Positions 61,101 to 64,000 of a stretch of DNA of 64,000 bases are shown in pieces. The position numbers and the translations under genes were made by a program. The notes under the pieces are model-generated. The model did no database searches, had not been told where the DNA came from, and saw nothing but the letters and a program-made list of their open reading frames with translations. Position 1 is the first letter of the stretch. Every line of letters begins with the position of its first letter. Source of the stretch: a bacterium (lineage in GTDB: Bacteria > Patescibacteriota > Patescibacteriia > JAHIZJ01); assembly GCA_030699685.1 (NCBI GenBank), contig JAUYLJ010000041.1, positions 6,241-70,240 of the forward strand, written 5' to 3'.

Positions 61101-62492
61101 GAGGAAGACCCCGTGCCAACATGCACGCTCATTGCCCACCCGCAGACCGGAGTCGGGCCCTTCACCAGTTACCTGGAAGCACGATTCAGTAATTTACCAG
61201 AAGACGAGGAGCGCGCGCTATTGTCTTGTTCAGCTGATGATCCCGGCCATAACAGCAATATCTACAATGGCGACTGGGCTTATCGGCCGTGCCTTTACTC
61301 AACTGTCACTGAGACGACTGAATTTGTGGCCTCGGCCGTAGCAGGCGGAGCTGAATGTTCCACCGTTGTAACCGTACTGCCGAGAACCGAATATCTCACG
61401 GAATTCTCTGACGACTACACCGCCAACATCACGGAGAATCCGACGATCAATCAAGGCACTATCCAGAACGTGGAATGGGATGGTGTTTCGTCCTATCAAT
61501 TGAACAGCGAAAGCGGAGGCCCCATATCGGCAAGCAGTCCCGGACTGGTGGCGCTCTGGCGCATGAACGACCCGATCGGCGACGGCATCACAGATGACGC
61601 CACGACTAATGGCAACCGCGGCACTTGCGACGGCATCAACTGCCCCACGGAGATAGCCGGCAAGTTTAACAACGCCTATCTCTATGATGGACTCCAAGAT
61701 GAGATTGACGTCGCCAGCTCAACCAGTCTTGATACGCTCGATACAATGACCGCGTCGATGTGGGTGAAAATGGCGGTTGATCAGGATAATCAAACTCTCA
61801 TCAGTTTCTACAAGTCGTCCACGGACCGAGTCTATCTTTGGTACACGTCGGAAGAAGGCATCCGCATCTACAATGACATCGATAACCAAGGAAGCTCCGA
61901 GATTGTCACCGGCTATAAGCCAACCCTGGATCAGTGGGTTCATGTTGCCTGGGTGATCGATGGAATAAAATGGCATATCTACATCAACGGTCAACCCTAC
62001 TCATCCAATGAAACGCAAACCATGAGCGACCTTGATGACGGCTTCACGGTAAGCATCGGACGCCGCTCGGAAAACGACCGGCCATGGAACGGAGCGATTG
62101 ACGAAACGGCAATTTGGAGCCGCGCGCTGTCGCAAACCGAAATACTCAATCTGATCGGCGGCTCAGGAACAGGCAGCTTCGAATCCAATAATCTAGCCGT
62201 TCCCGAATATGACAATTTGAGAGCCCAATGGCTCGCTTCCGGAACCCAACTCCAAGTGGAAATCAACACCGGCGGGGAGAACTGGTGTGAAATTACCAAC
62301 GGCGGCTTGTTCAACAATCCAGCCTGCCCTCAACCGGCGACGGCCCTGAAATACCGAGTGAATTTTACAGGCCCGGTCAGTCTCGACCGCGTTCACTTTG
62401 AATGGGACGTCTTGGGTGAAAGCGAAGAGGACCCGCCTTCTGATGACGGTCCTGGCGGTGGAGGCAAATTACCCCTACAGAATTACGAGTAA
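58182..62492 (+). CDS. membrane-anchored multidomain protein: heparinase II/III-like lyase, golvesin-like CBM and LamG domains
   Basis: N-terminal TM; YDWCYDQLS, GRSDW, NHFNL...LLIDSG, RSIAHNSI; VDNTD...WVNLGSYQF...ADAMK; WVHVA...IYING...GAIDETAIWSRALS. Confidence 0.7.
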   Translation: MALNKTGKSKLPSTEQETAVRQRVNIRLMFLVGVLLIVVGISLAFFIPWKRLGQQQPQPLTGYIPVPGTDLQILDDHPRLWVTQETLSSIKCWAGITSGSGCGGNATLYQNFKTVTDQKLANGDREFYDIHQYALLYQLTGDASYCTVPIEVSHTEAESGALRREGKGPARSSTVAMTYDWCYDQLSESDKTLIGQYLVANAQATPFDNNHAFYPGESSGLVYAFSVFGDGVNDSAAGAMLKQHYEGIKNVNVPATNEVYANGGLDGYAGLRSDAILTFADLFKSGSTYTSMFEDSQFARNTALFFLHRTRGDLQLSKAPGKNNYSGIKLNSFLAHTAYRYNNQHAQWMANYLIEQNPGESFYELVMWRNPTVPSTPLDDPNNPLSLKLEGVGSGMYYGRSDWSFGPVSQAIHWGFFNGPDLVGHKTQNHFNLARGNDSLLIDSGVRTDDYDYTYNSYYRRSIAHNSIGITMPGEEFGDARGVPIPNDGGQWNSDKDEGCDRWPAACNGNSGYAPGWRGEVKRYEYVPGEYTYILGDATPAYNDDKTTQVERSFIELEPNLFIVFDAVNATQASFEKAFYLHMIEKPAVNGTLQTQEGNYDTGGIFDSTNSNVVTVRYGDSAVLSKTLLPENPRIRIVGGQNPNGDPVRHNNSQINYPPTYDPQQSYEYFNEWNWPPASLENVGEYDDDQRYGRNGASSNTPAGGEGGDWRIEVRPNTVSAIDNFFHVYQVRDGDLFVDNTDPGFSTSDGGWTESNYNAYGYGMYGNTLVKARPSTSRTATWNFTVTQTGAYDVNVWLPKKNNRDLINEAKYTIRHAGGETVITLDQNDGQALWVNLGSYQFDPGTATVELSTDSSDGSLYMTADAMKLSYQNSDLPMVDTQLLRSENQNMVGSFIDGRLVALLSKDGSEVASTDVEIPAEGVVQFRIFGMRPDTNFSVSRNEQRVSIRTGSGERSTDQGVLSFTIDFSGEGGEEDPVPTCTLIAHPQTGVGPFTSYLEARFSNLPEDEERALLSCSADDPGHNSNIYNGDWAYRPCLYSTVTETTEFVASAVAGGAECSTVVTVLPRTEYLTEFSDDYTANITENPTINQGTIQNVEWDGVSSYQLNSESGGPISASSPGLVALWRMNDPIGDGITDDATTNGNRGTCDGINCPTEIAGKFNNAYLYDGLQDEIDVASSTSLDTLDTMTASMWVKMAVDQDNQTLISFYKSSTDRVYLWYTSEEGIRIYNDIDNQGSSEIVTGYKPTLDQWVHVAWVIDGIKWHIYINGQPYSSNETQTMSDLDDGFTVSIGRRSENDRPWNGAIDETAIWSRALSQTEILNLIGGSGTGSFESNNLAVPEYDNLRAQWLASGTQLQVEINTGGENWCEITNGGLFNNPACPQPATALKYRVNFTGPVSLDRVHFEWDVLGESEEDPPSDDGPGGGGKLPLQNYE

Positions 62493-62520
62493 CGTAGCCA
62501 AAAGTTTCCCGCATCAATTG

Positions 62521-62559
62521 AAACACTGCACGCCTTAAAAAGGGCCGTGCAGTGTTTTT
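62521..62559 (+). terminator. intrinsic terminator
   Basis: AAACACTGCACG...CGTGCAGTGTTTTT. Confidence 0.7.
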
Positions 62560-62690
62560 AGCACTAAACAAAGCGGAAAACCTCACTTCCCCGTCCTCTT
62601 AGGCTTGACTAAAAGGGAATCGCATGCTATCCTACTCTGTTTTTTGGTACGCAGAATGTGTTAGTTTAATTAGTAAGGAGGAAAGACACT

Positions 62691-64000
62691 ATGAAAAATT
62701 TACGATTCAAAAGCCTACTGATTCTCGCATGCTTTTTTGCTGTATCGATCTTACCGCTAAACGCCCAGGAAATACATCAAGGAACGGGCCTAGTCACCGT
62801 CAACGTACTGGTTAGCGAAAGCCGTTTGAGCGATGCAGCGATCGCAGCTGCGTTGCAAAGCGCCAGCCCGGCACCGTTCACCCAGATAAACAGTCTTGGC
62901 GGTTTCGGACGTCCCTCGTCAAACACAGCTTATGGAAAACGTCTGTATTCATTGACGCTTCTTCCAAGCTACGCCAATCGTTTTCTCCGCGCTGTTCGCT
63001 CGACTCCCAATGTGCTCCTGGCTGAGCAAGAACAAATCGGGTACGCGAACATGGACCCCAACGATCCGTATTACGGGTTGCAATGGGGTTTGCCTAAAGT
63101 GGAGGCACCGGCAGGCTTTGATATAGAAATGGGAAATTCTGAAGTTGTGATTGCTATCGTTGATACCGGAGTTGATCTCGATCACCCCGATCTGGTTTCG
63201 AAGCTGCTGCCAGGTTATGACGCTGTAGATGGAGACTCGGTCCCGGAAGACGTCAATGGTCATGGAACTCGGATGGCCGGTATCGCTACTGCCACAACAA
63301 TGAACAATCAAGGCATTGCCGGCATGTGTCCGAACTGCAAGCTTTTACCGCTCAGAGCCGGATACCCAAACAGTACTTTTTCGGCGTCAAAAGTTTTTCT
63401 CGCAGTGGAATACGCGCTTGATAACCCGCGCGGTATTGAGGGTATTCCGGATAACCCAAATCCAGCCGATGTTATTTCTTTAAGCGCTTCGTTTCCCGGT
63501 GAAAGCGACTACTTGCTGTGGAGCGTCGAAGACGCGGCCGCTCTGAATGTCCCTTTTGTCGCCAGCGCGGGAAACCAGGGATGGGATGGGCCGCGCTATC
63601 CAGCCGCTTATGACAACGTCATTAGCGTAGCGGCAACAGATCAAAATGATCAGCGCTACAGTAACTCGAATTACGGCGATTGGGTGACCCTCGCCGCGCC
63701 AGGAGTTGATATTTGGACAACCAGTCTTAACGGTACTTACGCGACTTCGACCGGAACCTCGCCTGCTGCGCCCTTAGTAGCCGGTACAATCGCGCTTATG
63801 CGATCCCGCGCTGTGAACATGACACTTTCGCCAGACGATATTCGAGATATTCTTATCGCCAGCTCAGATCCAGTGTATGGTTTTCCAGATATCGTCGGCG
63901 GCCGTTTGAACGCCAGGGCAGCGCTTGAATTGACCCCAAACGGACATACGCCACCATACATCCCGCGCTTCAAGAAACCGTTTCCTATGTCAGATGGCGG
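62691..64000 (+). CDS. secreted S8 subtilisin/thermitase-like serine protease (3' truncated by window edge)
   Basis: AAGGAGG SD; signal peptide; PNDPYY..QW, IAIVDTGVD, GHGT, AGN, GTSPAAPLVAG. Confidence 0.92.
   Translation, partial: MKNLRFKSLLILACFFAVSILPLNAQEIHQGTGLVTVNVLVSESRLSDAAIAAALQSASPAPFTQINSLGGFGRPSSNTAYGKRLYSLTLLPSYANRFLRAVRSTPNVLLAEQEQIGYANMDPNDPYYGLQWGLPKVEAPAGFDIEMGNSEVVIAIVDTGVDLDHPDLVSKLLPGYDAVDGDSVPEDVNGHGTRMAGIATATTMNNQGIAGMCPNCKLLPLRAGYPNSTFSASKVFLAVEYALDNPRGIEGIPDNPNPADVISLSASFPGESDYLLWSVEDAAALNVPFVASAGNQGWDGPRYPAAYDNVISVAATDQNDQRYSNSNYGDWVTLAAPGVDIWTTSLNGTYATSTGTSPAAPLVAGTIALMRSRAVNMTLSPDDIRDILIASSDPVYGFPDIVGGRLNARAALELTPNGHTPPYIPRFKKPFPMSDG

Overview
Chromosomal window from a bacterium using genetic code 11. 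It is most likely a Patescibacteria (CPR, Parcubacteria/ABY1-like) genome; this is inferred from gene content, FG-GAP/'FFAY' surface proteins and rRNA insertions. Housekeeping genes include uvrA, uvrC, secG, rnj, trpS, murI, two phosphomannomutases, EndoQ and a large-type purL. There are two tRNAs (Leu-CAG, Ser-CGA), several large secreted proteins, scattered GC-rich ORFans, and a minus-strand 23S-5S rRNA unit with no adjacent 16S; the 23S carries an ORF-less group I intron at position 1931 and several helix insertions. The four strongest leads are: (1) a candidate translation-coupled attenuator at the start of the rRNA transcript (sigma70 promoter, DnaA box, 15-aa leader MTAKNLTSNPPGGML, alternative antiterminator/terminator); (2) an Elp3 plus Trm9/ALKBH8-like methyltransferase pair whose start codons overlap head-to-head in a shared CATG, suggesting a eukaryote-type mcm5U34 tRNA pathway in a bacterium; (3) further leader/terminator architectures upstream of a cold-shock-domain gene and a giant surface protein; (4) small ORFs missing from the ORF track, including a 45-aa protamine/H1-like protein. 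All calls were made by eye; no searches or folding programs were run.
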